Source: the human T2T-CHM13v2.0 reference genome, Homo sapiens | Strand: one strand, 5' to 3' | Length of the DNA: 64,000 nt | Assembly: GCF_009914755.1 (NCBI RefSeq) | Contig: NC_060925.1 | In this document: positions 11,720 to 26,029 of the stretch, piece after piece | Layout: each line of letters opens with the position of its first letter | Numbering within the stretch: position 1 is the first letter of the stretch | Translations under genes and position numbers: made by a program | The notes under the pieces: generated by a model | What the model was told of the DNA's origin: nothing | What the model saw: the letters and a program-made list of their open reading frames with translations, nothing else | Database searches by the model: none

Positions 11720-14700
11720 GGAAGAAATCCCGTTTCCAACGAAGGCCACAAGATGTCAGAATATCCACTTACAGACTTTACAAACAGAGTGTTTCCTAAC
11801 TGCTCTATGAACAGAAAGGTTAAACTCTGTGAGTTGAACGAACACATCACAACGCAGTTTGTGGGAATGATTCTGTCTAGTTTTGAAACGAAGATATTTC
11901 CTTTTCTGCCGTTGACCTTAAAGAGCTTGAAAACTACACTTGCAAATTGCACAAATAGAGTGTTTCAAATCTGCTCTGTCTAAGGGAACGTTCAACTCTG
12001 TGAGTTGAATGCACACAACACAAGGAAGTTACTGGGAATTCTTCTGTCTAGCCTTACATGAAAAAAACCCGTTTCCAACGAAGTCCTCTAAGTGGTCAAA
12101 ATATCCACGTGCAGTCTTTACAAACAGAGTGTTTCCAAACCGCTGAATGAAAAGAAAAGTTAAACTCTGAGAGTTGAACGCACACATCACGCAGCAGTTT
12201 CTGAGAATGATTCTGTCTAGTTTTTATACGAAGATATTTCCTTTTCTGCCTTTGGCCCCAAAGCGCTTGAAATCTCCACTTGCAAATTCCACAAAAACAG
12301 TGTTTCAAATCTGCTCTCTCTAAATGAAAGTTCAACTCTGTCAGTTGAATACACACAACACAAGGAAGTTACTGAGAATTCTTCTGTCTAGCATAATATG
12401 AAGAAATCCCGTTTCCAACGAAGGCCTCAAAGGGGTCTGAATATCCACTTGCAGACTTTATAAACAGAGTGTTTACTAACTGCTCTATGAAAAGAAAGGT
12501 TGAACTCTGTGAGTTGAACACACACATCACAAAGGAGTTTCTGAGAATCATTCTGTCTAGTTTTTCTACGAAGATATTTCCTTTTCTACTATTGACCTCA
12601 AAGCGGCTGAAATCTCCACTTGCAAATTCTACAAATAGAGTGTTTCAAGTCTGCTCTGTGTAAAGGATCGTTCAACTCTGTGAGTTGAATACACATAACA
12701 CAAGGAAGTTACTGAGAATTCTTCTGTCTTGCAGAATATGAAGAAATCCCGTTTCCAACGAAGGCCTCAAAGAGGTCTGAATATCCACTTGCAGACTTTA
12801 CAAACAGAGTGTTTCCTAACTGCTCTATGAAAAGAAAGGTTAAACTCTGTGAGTTAAACGGACACATCACAAAGGAGTTTCTGAGAATCGTTCTGTCTAG
12901 TTTCTATAGGAAGATATTTCCTATTCTACCATTGACCTCAAAGCGGCTGAAATCTCCACTTGCAAATTCCACAAAAAGAATGTTTCAAGTCTGCTCTGTG
13001 TAAAGGATCGTTCAACTCTGTGAGTTGAATACACACAACACAAGGAAGTTACTGAGAATTCTTCTGTCAAGCATAATATGAAGAAATCCCGTTTCCAACG
13101 AAGGCCTCAAAGAGGTCTGAATATCCACTTGCAGACTTTACAAACAGAGTGTTTCCTAACTGCTCTATGAACAGAAAGGTTAAACTCTGTGAGTTGAACG
13201 CACACATCACAAAGGAGTTTCTGAGAATCGTTCTGTCTAGTTTCTATAGGAAGATATTTCCTATTCTACCATTGACCTCAAAGCGGCTGAAATCTCCACT
13301 TGCAAATTCCACAAAAAGAGTGTTTCAAGTCTGCTCTGTGTAAAGGATCGTTCAACTCTGTGAGTTGAATACACACAACACAAGGAAGTTACTGAGAATT
13401 CTTCTGTCTAGCAGAATATGAAGAAATCCCGTTTCCAACGAAGGCCTCAAAGAGGTCTGAATATCCACTTGCAGACTTTACAACCAGAGTGTTTCCTAAC
13501 TGCTCTATGAAAAGAAAAGTTAAACTCTGTGAGTTGAACGCACACATCACAAAGGAGTTTATGAGAATCATTCTGTCTAGTCTTTATACGAAGATATTTC
13601 CTTTTCTACCATTGACCTCAAAGCGGCTGAAATCTCCACTTGCAAATTCCACAAAAAGAGTGTTTCAAGTCTGCTCTGTGTAAAGGATCGTTCAACTCTG
13701 TGAGTTGAATACACACAACACAAGGAAGTTACTGAGAATTCTTCTGTCTAGCAGAATATGAAGAAATCCCGTTTCCAACGAAGGCCTCAAGGAGGTCTGA
13801 ATATCCACTTGCAGACTTTACAAACAGAGTGTTTCCTAACTGCTCTATGAACAGAAAGGTTAAACTCTGTGAGTTGAACGCACACATCACAAAGGAGTTT
13901 CTGAGAATCATTCTGTCTAGTCTTTATACGAAGATATTTACTTTTCTACCATTGACCTCAAAGCGGCTGAAATCTCCACTTGCAAATTCCACAAAAAGAG
14001 TGTTTCAAGTCTGCTCTGTGTAAAGGATCATTCAACTCTGTGAGTTGAATAAACACAACACAAGGAAGTTACTGAGAATTCTTCTGTCTAGCAGAATATG
14101 AAGAAATCCCGTTTCCAACGAAGGCCTCAAGGAGGTCTGAATATCCACTTGCAGACTTTACAAACAGAGTGTTTCCTAACTGCTCTATGAAAAGAAAGGT
14201 TAAACTCTGTGAGTTGAACGCACACATCACAAAGGAGTTTATGAGAATCATTCTGTCTAGTTTCTATAAGAAGATATTTCCTATTCTACCATTGACCACA
14301 AAGCGGCTGAAATCTCCACTTGCAAATTCGACAAAAAGAGTGTTTCAAGCCTGCTCTCTGTAAAGGATCCTTCAACTCTGTGAGTTGAATACACACAACA
14401 CAAGGAAGTTACTGAGAATTATTCTGTCTAGCATAATATGAAGAAATCCCGTTTCCAACGAAGACCTCAAAGATGTCTGAATATCCACTTGCAGACTTTA
14501 CAAACAGAGTGTTTCCTAACTGCTCTATGAGAAGAAAAGTTAAACTCTGTGAGTTGAACGCACACATCACAAAAGATTTTCTGAGAATCATTCTGTCTAG
14601 TCTTTATATGAAGATAGTTTCCTTTTCTACCATTGACCTCAAAGCGGCTGAAATCTCGACTTGCAAATTCCACAAAAAGAGTGTTTCAAGTCTGCTCTGT

Positions 14701-15780
14701 GTAAAGGATCATTCAACTCTGTGAGTTGAATACACACAACACAAGGAAGTTACTGAGAATTCTTCTGTCTAGCAGAATATGAAGAAATCCCGTTTCCAAC
14801 GAAGGCCACAAGATGTCAGAATATCCACTTACAGACTTTACAAACAGAGTGTTTCCTAACTGCTCTATGAACAGAAAGGTTAAACTCTGTGAGTTGAACG
14901 AACACATCACAACGCAGTTTCTGGGAATGATTCTGTATAGTTTTGAAACGAAGATATTTCCTTTTCTGCCATTGACCTTAAAGCGCTTGAAATCCACACT
15001 TGCAAATTGCACAAATAGAGTGTTTCAAATCTGCTCTGTCTAAGGGAACGTTCAACTCTGTGAGTTGAATGCACACAACACAAGGAAGTTACTGGGAATT
15101 CTTCTGTCTAGCCTTACATGAAAAAAACCCGTTTCCAACGAAGGCCTCTAAGTGGTCAAAATATCCACGTGCAGACTTTACAAACAGAGTGTTTCCAAAC
15201 CGCTGAATGAAAAGAAAAGTTAAACTCTGAGAGTTGAACGCACACATCACGCAGCAGTTTCTGAGAATGATTCTGTCTAGTTTTTATACGAAGATATTTC
15301 CTTTTCTGCCTTTGGCCCCAAAGCGCTTGAAATCTCCAATTGCAAATTCCACAAAAACAGTGTTTCAAATCTGCTCTCTCTAAATGAAAGTTCAACTCTG
15401 TCAGTTGAATACACACAACACAAGGAAGTTACTGAGAATTCTTCTGTCTAGCATAAAATGAAGAAATCCCGTTTCCAACGAAGGCCTCAAAGGGGTCTGA
15501 ATATCCACTTGCAGACTTTATAAACAGAGTGTTTACTAACTGCTCTATGAAAAGAAAGGTTAAACTCTGTGAGTTGAACACACACATCACAAAGGAGTTT
15601 CTGAGAATCATTCTGCCTAGTTTTTCTACGAAGATATTTCCTTTTCTACTATTGACCTCAAAGCGGCTGAAATCTCCACTTGCAAATTCCACAAAAAGAG
15701 TGTTTCAAGTCTGCTCTGTGTAAAGGATCGTTCAACTCTGTGAGTTGAATACACACAACACAAGGAAGTTACTGAGAATT
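11400..15780. repeat. Duplicated block, copy 1 (~4.3 kb; partner ~17520-21900, offset 6120-6121), containing an 18-mer HOR variant
   Basis: Constant offset 6120 for ORFs 11666/17786, 12096/18216, 12469/18589, 13149/19269, 14169/20289 and 14813/20933. Shared markers GCAGTCTTTA, GAGTTAAAC, CTGTCAAGCAT and CTGCCTAG. Confidence 0.82.
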
Positions 15781-17519
15781 CTTCTGTCTAGCAGAATAGG
15801 AAGAAATACCTTTTCCACCGAAGGCCTCAAGGAGGTCTGAATATCCACTTGCAGACTTTACAAACAGAGTGTTTCCTAACTGCTCTATGAACAGAAAGGT
15901 TAAACTCTGTGAGTTGAACGCACACATCACAAAGGAGTTTCTGAGAATCATTCTGTCTAGTCTTTATACGAAGATATTTCCTTTTCTACCATTGACCTCA
16001 AAGCGGCTGAAATCTCCACTTGCAAATTCCACAAAAAGAGTGTTTCAAGTCTGCTCTGTGTAAGGGATCGTTCAACTCTGTGAGTTGAATACACACAACA
16101 CAAGGAAGTTACTGAGAATTCTTCTGTCTAGCAGAATAGGAAGAAATCCCGTTTCCAACGAAGGCCTCAAAGAGGTCTGAATATCCACTTGCAGACTTTA
16201 CAAACAGAGTGTTTCCTAACTGCTCTATGAAAAGAAAGGTTAAACTCTGTGAGTTGAACGCACACATCACAAAGGAGTTTCTGAGAATCATTCTGTCTAG
16301 TTTCTATAGGAAGATATTTCCTATTCTACCATTGACCTCAAAGCGGCTGAAATCTCCACTTGCAAATTCCACAAAAAGAGTGTTTCAAGTCTGCTCTGTG
16401 TAAAGGATCGTTCAACTCTGTGAGTTGAATACACACAACACAAGGTAGTTACTGAGAATTATTCTGTCTACCAGAATATGAAGAAATCCCGTTTCCAAAG
16501 AAAGCCTCAGGGAGGTCTGAATATCCACTTGCAGACTTTACAAACAGAGTGTTTCCTAACTGCTCTATGAACAGAAAGGTTAAACTCTGTGAGTTGAACG
16601 AACACATCACAACGCAGTTTGTGGGAATGATTCTGTCTAGTTTTGAAACGAAGATATTTCCTTTTCTGCCATTGACCTTAAAGCGCTTGAAATCTACACT
16701 TGCAAATTGCACAAATAGAGTGTTTCAAATCTGCTCTGTCTAAGGGAACGTTCAACTCTGTGAGTTGAATGCACACAACACAAGGAAGTTACTGGGAATT
16801 CTTCTGTCTAGCCTTACATGAAAAAAAACCCGTTTCCAACGAAGGCCTCTAAGTGGTCAAAATATCCACGTGCAGACTTTACAAACAGAGTGTTTCCAAA
16901 CCGCTGAATGAAAAGAAAAGTTAAACTCTGAGAGTTGAACGCACACATCACGCAGCAGTTTCTGAGAATGATTCTGTCTAGTTTTTATACGAAGATATTT
17001 CCTTTTCTGCCTTTGGCCCCAAAGCGCTTGAAATCTCCAATTGCAAATTCCACAAAAACAGTGTTTCAAATCTGCTCTCTCTAAATGAAAGTTCAACTCT
17101 GTCACTTGAATACACACAACACAAGGAAGTTACTGAGAATTCTTCTGTCTAGCATAATATGAAGAAATCCCGTTTCCAACGAAGGCCTCAAAGGGGTCTG
17201 AATATCCACTTGCAGACTTTATAAACAGAGTGTTTACTAACTGCTCTAGGAAAAGAAAGGTTAAACTCTGTGAGTTGAACACACACATCACAAAGGAGTT
17301 TCTGAGAATCATTCTGTCTAGTTTCTATAAGAAGATATTTCCTATTCTACCATTGACCTCAAAGCGGCTGAAATCTCCACTTGCAAATTCGACAAAAAGA
17401 GTGTTTCAAGCCTGCTGTCTGTAAAGGATCCTTCAACTCTGTGAGTTGAATACACACAACACAAGGAAGTTACTGAGAATTATTCTGTCTAGCATAATAT
17501 GAAGAAATCCCGTTTCCAA

Positions 17520-20500
17520 CGAAGGCCTCAAAGAGGTCTGAATATCCACTTGCAGACTTTACAAACAGAGTGTTTCCTAACTGTTCTATGAAAAGAAAGG
17601 TTAAACTCTGTGAGTTGAACGCACACATCACAAAGGAGTTTCTGAGAATCGTTCTGTCTAGTTTCTATAGGAAGATATTACCTATTCTACCATTGACCTC
17701 AAAGCGGCTGAAATCTCCACTTGCAAATTCCACAAAAAGAATGTTTCAAGTCTGCTCTGTGTAAAGGATCGTTCAACTCTGTGAGTTGAATACACACAAC
17801 ACAAGGAAGTTACTGAGAATTCTTCTGTCTAGCAGAATAGGAAGAAATCCCGTTTCCAACGAAGGCCACAAGATGTCAGAATATCCACTTACAGACTTTA
17901 CAAACAGAGTGTTTCCTAACTGCTCTATGAACAGAAAGGTTAAACTCTGTGAGTTGAACGAACACATCACAACGCAGTTTGTGGGAATGATTCTGTCTAG
18001 TTTTGAAACGAAGATATTTCCTTTTCTGCCGTTGACCTTAAAGAGCTTGAAAACTACACTTGCAAATTGCACAAATAGAGTGTTTCAAATCTGCTCTGTC
18101 TAAGGGAACGTTCAACTCTGTGAGTTGAATGCACACAACACAAGGAAGTTACTGGGAATTCTTCTGTCTAGCCTTACATGAAAAAAACCCGTTTCCAACG
18201 AAGGCCTCTAAGTGGTCAAAATATCCACGTGCAGTCTTTACAAACAGAGTGTTTCCAAACCGCTGAATGAAAAGAAAAGTTAAACTCTGAGAGTTGAACG
18301 CACACATCACGCAGCAGTTTCTGAGAATGATTCTGTCTAGTTTTTATACGAAGATATTTCCTTTTCTGCCTTTGGCCCCAAAGCGCTTGAAATCTCCACT
18401 TGCAAATTCCACAAAAACAGTGTTTCAAATCTGCTCTCTCTAAATGAAAGTTCAACTCTGTCAGTTGAATACACACAACACAAGGAAGTTACTGAGAATT
18501 CTTCTGTCTAGCATAAAATGAAGAAATCCCGTTTCCAACGAAGGCCTCAAAGGGGTCTGAATATCCACTTGCAGACTTTATAAACAGAGTGTTTACTAAC
18601 TGCTCTATGAAAAGAAAGGTTGAACTCTGTGAGTTGAACACACACATCACAAAGGAGTTTCTGAGAATCATTCTGTCTAGTTTTTCTACGAAGATATTTC
18701 CTTTTCTACTATTGACCTCAAAGCGGCTGAAATCTCCACTTGCAAATTCTACAAATAGAGTGTTTCAAGTCTGCTCTGTGTAAAGGATCGTTCAACTCTG
18801 TGAGTTGAATACACATAACACAAGGAAGTTACTGAGAATTCTTCTGTCTAGCAGAATATGAAGAAATCCCGTTTCCAACGAAGGCCTCAAAGAGGTCTGA
18901 ATATCCACTTGCAGACTTTACAAACAGAGTGTTTCCTAACTGCTCTATGAAAAGAAAGGTTAAACTCTGTGAGTTAAACGCACACATCACAAAGGAGTTT
19001 CTGAGAATCGTTCTGTCTAGTTTCTATAGGAAGATATTTCCTATTCTACCATTGACCTCAAAGCGGCTGAAATCTCCACTTGCAAATTCCACAAAAAGAA
19101 TGTTTCAAGTCTGCTCTGTGTAAAGGATCGTTCAACTCTGTGAGTTGAATACACACAACACAAGGAAGTTACTGAGAATTCTTCTGTCAAGCATAATATG
19201 AAGAAATCCCGTTTCCAACGAAGGCCTCAAAGAGGTCTGAATATCCACTTGCAGACTTTACAAACAGAGTGTTTCCTAACTGCTCTATGAACAGAAAGGT
19301 TAAACTCTGTGAGTTGAACGCACACACCACAAAGGAGTTTCTGAGAATCGTTCTGTCTAGTTTCTATAGGAAGATATTTCCTATTCTACCATTGACCTCA
19401 AAGCGGCTGAAATCTCCACTTGCAAATTCCACAAAAAGAGTGTTTCAAGTCTGCTCTGTGTAAAGGATCGTTCAACTCTGTGAGTTGAATACACACAACA
19501 CAAGGAAGTTACTGAGAATTCTTCTGTGTAGCAGAATATGAAGAAATCCCGTTTCCAACGAAGGCCTCAAAGAGGTCTGAATATCCACTTGCAGACTTTA
19601 CAAACAGAGTGTTTCCTAACTGCTCTATGAAAAGAAAAGTTAAACTCTGTGAGTTGAACGCACACATCACAAAGGAGTTTATGAGAATCATTCTGTCTAG
19701 TCTTTATACGAAGATATTTCCTTTTCTACCATTGACCTCAAAGCGGCTGAAATCTCCACTTGCAAATTCCACAAAAAGAGTGTTTCAAGTCTGCTCTGTG
19801 TAAAGGATCGTTCAACTCTGTGAGTTGAATACACACAACACAAGGAAGTTACTGAGAATAATTCTGTCTAGCAGAATATGAAGAAATCCCGTTTCCAACG
19901 AAGGCCTCAAGGAGGTCTGAATATCCACTTGCAGACTTTACAAACAGAGTGTTTCCTAACTGCTCTATGAACAGAAAGGTTAAACTCTGTGAGTTGAACG
20001 CACACATCACAAAGGAGTTTCTGAGAATCATTCTGTCTAGTCTTTATACGAAGATATTTACTTTTCTACCATTGACCTCAAAGCGGCTGAAATCTCCACT
20101 TGCAAATTCCACAAAAAGAGTGTTTCAAGTCTGCTCTGTGTAAAGGATCATTCAACTCTGTGAGTTGAATAAACACAACACAAGGAAGTTACTGAGAATT
20201 CTTCTGTCTAGCAGAATATGAAGAAATCCCGTTTCCAACGAAGGCCTCAAGGAGGTCTGAATATCCACTTGCAGACTTTACAAACAGAGTGTTTCCTAAC
20301 TGCTCTATGAAAAGAAAGGTTAAACTCTGTGAGTTGAACGCACACATCACAAAGGAGTTTATGAGAATCATTCTGTATAGTTTCTATAAGAAGATATTTC
20401 CTATTCTACCATTGACCTCAAAGCGGCTGAAATCTCCACTTGCAAATTCGACAAAAAGAGTGTTTGAAGCCTGCTCTCTGTAAAGGATCCTTCAACTCTG

Positions 20501-21900
20501 TGAGTTGAATACACACAACACAAGGAAGTTACTGAGAATTATTCTGTCTAGCATAATATGAAGAAATCCCGTTTCCAACGAAGGCCTCAAAGAGGTCTGA
20601 ATATCCACTTGCAGACTTTACAAACAGAGTGTTTCCTAACTGCTCTATGAGAAGAAAAGTTAAACTCTGTGAGTTGAACGCACACATCACAAAAGATTTT
20701 CTGAGAATCATTCTGTCTAGTCTTTATAAGAAGATAGTTTCCTTTTCTACCATTGACCTCAAAGCGGCTGAAATCTCCACTTGCAAATTCCACAAAAAGA
20801 GTGTTTCAAGTCTGCTCTGTGTAAAGGATCGTTCAACTCTGTGAGTTGAATACACACAACACAAGGAAGTTACTGAGAATTCTTCTGTCTAGCAGAATAT
20901 GAAGAAATCCCGTTTCCAACGAAGGCCACAAGATGTCAGAATATCCACTTACAGACTTTACAAACAGAGTGTTTCCTAACTGCTCTATGAACAGAAAGGT
21001 TAAACTCTGTGAGTTGAACGAACGCATCACAACGCTGTTTGTGGGAATGATTCTGTCTAGTTTTGAAACGAAGATATTTCCTTTTCTGCCGTTGACCTTA
21101 AAGCGCTTGAAATCTACACTTGGAAATTGCACAAATAGAGTGTTTCAAATCTGCTCTGTCTAAGGGAACGTTCAACTCTGTGAGTTGAATACACACAACA
21201 CAAGGAAGTTACTGGGAATTCTTCTGTCTAGCCTTACATGAAAAAAAACCCGTTTCCAACGAAGGCCTCTAAGTGGTCAAAATATCCACGTGCAGACTTT
21301 ACAAACAGAGTGTTTCCAAACCGCTGAATGAAAAGAAAAGTTAAACTCTGAGAGTTGAACGCACACATCACGCAGCAGTTTCTGAGAATGATTCTGTCTA
21401 GTTTTTATACGAAGATATTTCCTTTTCTGCCCTTGGCCCCAAAGCGCTTGAAATCTCCACTTGCAAATTCCACAAAAACAGTGTTTCAAATCTGCTCTCT
21501 CTAAATGAAAGTTCAACTCTGTCAGTTGAATACACACAACACAAGGAAGTTACTGAGAATTCTTCTGTCTAGCATAATATGAAGAAATCCCGTTTCCAAC
21601 GAAGGCCTCAAAGGGGTCTGAATATCCACTTGCAGACTTTATAAACAGAGTGTTTACTAACTGCTCTATGAAAAGAAAGGTTAAACTCTGTGAGTTGAAC
21701 ACACACATCACAAAGGAGTTTCTGAGAATCATTCTGCCTAGTTTTTCTACGAAGATATTTCCTTTTCTACTATTGACCTCAAAGCGGCTGAAATCTCCAC
21801 TTGCAAATTCCACAAAAAGAGTGTTTCAAGTCTGCTCTGTGTAAAGGATCGTTCAACTCTGTGAGTTGAATACACACAACACAAGGAAGTTACTGAGAAT
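17520..21900. repeat. Duplicated block, copy 2 (partner ~11400-15780)
   Basis: Same dimer order and private markers as copy 1; boundaries approximate. Confidence 0.82.
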
Positions 21901-24900
21901 TCTTCTGTCTAGCAGAATATGAAGAAATCCCGTTTCCAACGAAGGCCTCAAAGAGGTCTGAATATCCACTTGCAGACTTTACAAACAGAGTGTTTCCTAA
22001 CTGCTCTAGGAAAAGAAAGGTTAAACTCTGTGAGTTGAACGCACACATCACAAAGGAGTTTCTGAGAATCATTCTGTCTAGTTTCTATAGGAAGATATTT
22101 CCTATTCTACCATTGACCTCAAAGCGGCTGAAATCTCCACTTGCAAATTCCACAAAAAGAGTGTTTCAAGTCTGCTCTGTGTAAAGGATCGTTCAACTCT
22201 GTGAGTTGAATACACACAACACAAGGAAGTTACTGAGAATTCTTCTGTCTAGCAGAATAGGAAGAAATACCTTTTCCACCGAAGGCCTCAAGGAGGTCTG
22301 AATATCCACTTGCAGACTTTACAAACAGAGTGTTTCCTAACTGCTCTATGAACAGAAAGGTTAAACTCTTTGAGTTGAACGCACACATCACAAAGGAGTT
22401 TCTGAGAATCATTCTGTCTAGTCTTTATACGAAGATATTTCCTTTTCTACCATTGACCTCAAAGCGGCTGAAATCTCCAGTTGCAAATTCCACAAAAAGA
22501 GTGTTTCAAGTCTGCTCTGTGTAAAGGATCGTACAACTCTGTGAGTTGAATACACACAACACAAGGAAGTTACTGAGAATTCTTCTGTCTAGCAGAATAT
22601 GAAGAAATCCCGTTTCCAACGAAGGCCTCAAAGAGGTCTGAATATCCACTTGCAGACTTTACAAACAGAGTGTTTCCTAACTGCTCTATGAAAAGAAAGG
22701 TTAAACTCTGTGAGTTGAACGCACACATCACAAAGGAGTTTCTGAGAATCATTCTGTCTAGTTTCTATAGGAAGATATTTCCTATTCTACCATTGACCTC
22801 AAAGCGGCTGAAATCTCCACTTGCAAATTCCACAAAAAGAGTGTTTCAAGTCTGCTCTGTGTAAAGGATCGTTCAACTCTGTGAGTTGAATACACACAAC
22901 ACAAGGAAGTTACTGAGAATTCTTCTGTCTAGCAGAATATGAAGAAATCCCGTTTCCAACGAAGGCCTCAAAGAGGTCTGAATATCCACTTGCAGACTTT
23001 ACAAACAGAGTGTTTCCTAACTGCTCTATGAACAGAAAGGTTAAACTCTGTGAGTTGAACGCACACATCACAAAGGAGTTTCTGAGAATCGTTCTGTCTA
23101 GTTTCTATAGGAAGATATTTCCTATTCTACCATTGACCTTAAAGCGGCTGAAATCTCCACTTGCAAATTCCACAAAAAGAGTGTTTCAAGTCTGCTCTGT
23201 GTAAAGGATCGTTCAACTCTGTGAGTTGAATACACACAACACAAGGAAGTTACTGAGAATTCTTCTGTCTAGCATAATATGAAGAAATCCCGTTTCCAAC
23301 GAAGGCCTCAAAGAGGTCTGAATATCCACTTGCAGACTTTACAAACAGAGTGTTTCCTAACTGCTCTATGAAAAGAAAAGTTAAACTCTGTGAGTTGAAC
23401 GCACACATCACAAAGGAGTTTATGAGAATCATTCTGTCTAGTCTTTATACGAAGATATTTCCTTTTCTACCATTGACCTCAAAGCGGCTGAAATCTCCAC
23501 TTGCAAATTCCACAAAAAGAGTGTTTCAAGTCTGCTCTGTGTAAAGGATCGTTCAACTCTGTGAGTTGAATACACACAACACAAGGAAGTTACTGAGAAT
23601 TCTTCTGTCTAGCAGAATATGAAGAAATCCCGTTTCCAACGAAGGCCTCAAGGAGGTCTGAATATCCACTTGCAGACTTTACAAACAGAGTGTTTCCTAA
23701 CTGCTCTAGGAACAGAAAGGTTAAACTCTGTGAGTTGAACGCACACATCACAAAGGAGTTTCTGAGAATCATTCTGTCTAGTCTTTATACGAAGTTATTT
23801 ACTTTTCTACCATTGACCTCAAAGCGGCTGAAATCTCCACTTGCAAATTCCACAAAAAGAGTGTTTCAAGTCTGCTCTGTGTAAAGGATCATTCCACTCT
23901 GTGAGTTGAATAAACACAACACAAGGAAGTTACTGAGAATTATTCTGTCTAGCAGAATATGAAGAAATCCCGTTTCCAACGAAGGCCACAAGATGTCAGA
24001 ATATCCACTTACAGACTTTACAGAGTGTTTCCTAACTGCTCTATGAACAGAAAGGTTAAACTCTGTGAGTTGAACGAACACATCACAACGCAGTTTGTGG
24101 GAATGATTCTGTCTAGTTTTGAAACGAAGATATTTCCTTTTCTGCCATTGACCTTAAAGCGCTTGAAATCTACACTTGCAAATTGCACAAATAGAGTGTT
24201 TCAAATCTGCTCTGTCTAAGGGAACGTTCAACTCTGTGAGTTGAATGCACACAACACAAGGAAGTTACTGGGAATTCTTCTGTCTAGCCTTACATGAAAA
24301 AAAACCCGTTTCCAACGAAGGCCTCTAAGTGGTCAAAATATCCACGTGCAGACTTTACAAACAGAGTGTTTCCAAACCGCTGAATGAAAAGAAAAGTTAA
24401 ACTCTGAGAGTTGAACGCACACATCACGCAGCAGTTTCTGAGAATGATTCTGTCTAGTTTTTATACGAAGATATTTCCTTTTCTGCCTTTGGCCCCAAAG
24501 CGCTTGAAATCTCCAATTGCAAATTCCACAAAAACAGTGTTTCAAATCTGCTCTCTCTAAATGAAAGTTCAACTCTGTCAGTTGAATACACACAACACAA
24601 GGAAGTTACTGAGAATTCTTCTGTCTAGCATAATATGAAGAAATCCCGTTTCCAACGAAGGCCTCAAAGGGGTCTGAATATCCACTTGGAGACTTTATAA
24701 ACAGAGTGTTTACTAACTGCTCTATGAAAAGAAAGGTTAAACTCTGTGAGTTGAACACACACATCACAAAGGAGTTTCTGAGAATCATTCTGCCTAGTTT
24801 TTCTACGAAGATATTTCCTTTTCTACAATTGACCTCAAAGCGGCTGAAATCTCCACTTGCAAATTCCACAAAAAGAGTGTTTCAAGTCTGCTCTGTGTAA

Positions 24901-26029
24901 AGGATCGTTCAACTCTGTGAGTTGAATACACACAACACAAGGAAGTTACTGAGAATTCTTCTGTCTAGCAGAATATGAAGAAATCCCGTTTCCAACGAAG
25001 GCCTCAAAGAGGTCTGAATATCCACTTGCAGACTTTACAAACAGAGTGTTTCCTAACTGCTCTATGAAAAGAAAGGTTAAACTCTGTGAGTTGAACGCAC
25101 ACATCACAAAGGAGTTTCTGAGAATCATTCTGTCTAGTTTCTATAGGAAGATATTTCCTATTCTACCATTGACCTCAAAGCGGCTGAAATCTCCACTTGC
25201 AAATTCCACAAAAAGAGTGTTTCAAGTCTGCTCTGTGTAAAGGATCGTTCAACTCTGTGAGTTGAATACACACAACACAAGGAAGTTACTGAGAATTCTT
25301 CTGTCTAGCAGAATATGAAGAAATACCGTTTCCACCGAAGGCCTCAAGGAGGTCTGAATATCCACTTGCAGACTTTACAAACAGAGTGTTTCCTAACTGC
25401 TCTATGAAAAGAAAGGTTAAACTCTGTGAGTTGAACGCACACATCACAAAGGAGTTTCTGAGAATCGTTCTGTCTAGTTTCTATAGGAAGATATTTCCTA
25501 TTCTACCATTGACCTCAAAGCGGCTGAAATCTCCACTTGCAAATTCCACAAAAAGAATGTTTCAAGTCTGCTCTGTGTAAAGGATCGTTCAACTCTGTGA
25601 GTTGAATACACACAACACAAGGAAGTTACTGAGAATTATTCTGTCTAGCAGAATATGAAGAAATCCCGTTTCCAACGAAGGCCACAAGATGTCAGAATAT
25701 CCACTTACAGACTTTACAAACAGAGTGTTTCCTAACTGCTCTATGAACAGAAAGGTTAAACTCTGTGAGTTGAACGAACACATCACAACGCAGTTTGTGG
25801 GAATGATTCTGTCTAGTTTTGAAACGAAGATATTTCCTTTTCTGCCGTTGACCTTAAAGAGTTTGAAAACTACACTTGCAAATTGCACAAATAGAGTGTT
25901 TCAAATCTGCTCTGTCTAAGGGAACGTTCAACTCTGTGAGTTGAATGCACACAACACAAGGAAGTTACTGGGAATTCTTCTGTCTAGCCTTACATGAAAA
26001 AAACCCGTTTCCAACGAAGGCCTCTAAGT

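Noticed and set aside
11666-11983. Longest ORFs (105 aa here and at 17786; 104 aa at 49388) as emerging genes
   Set aside because: They result from a TGA>GGA substitution or a hybrid junction joining repeat frames; there is no evidence of coding selection.
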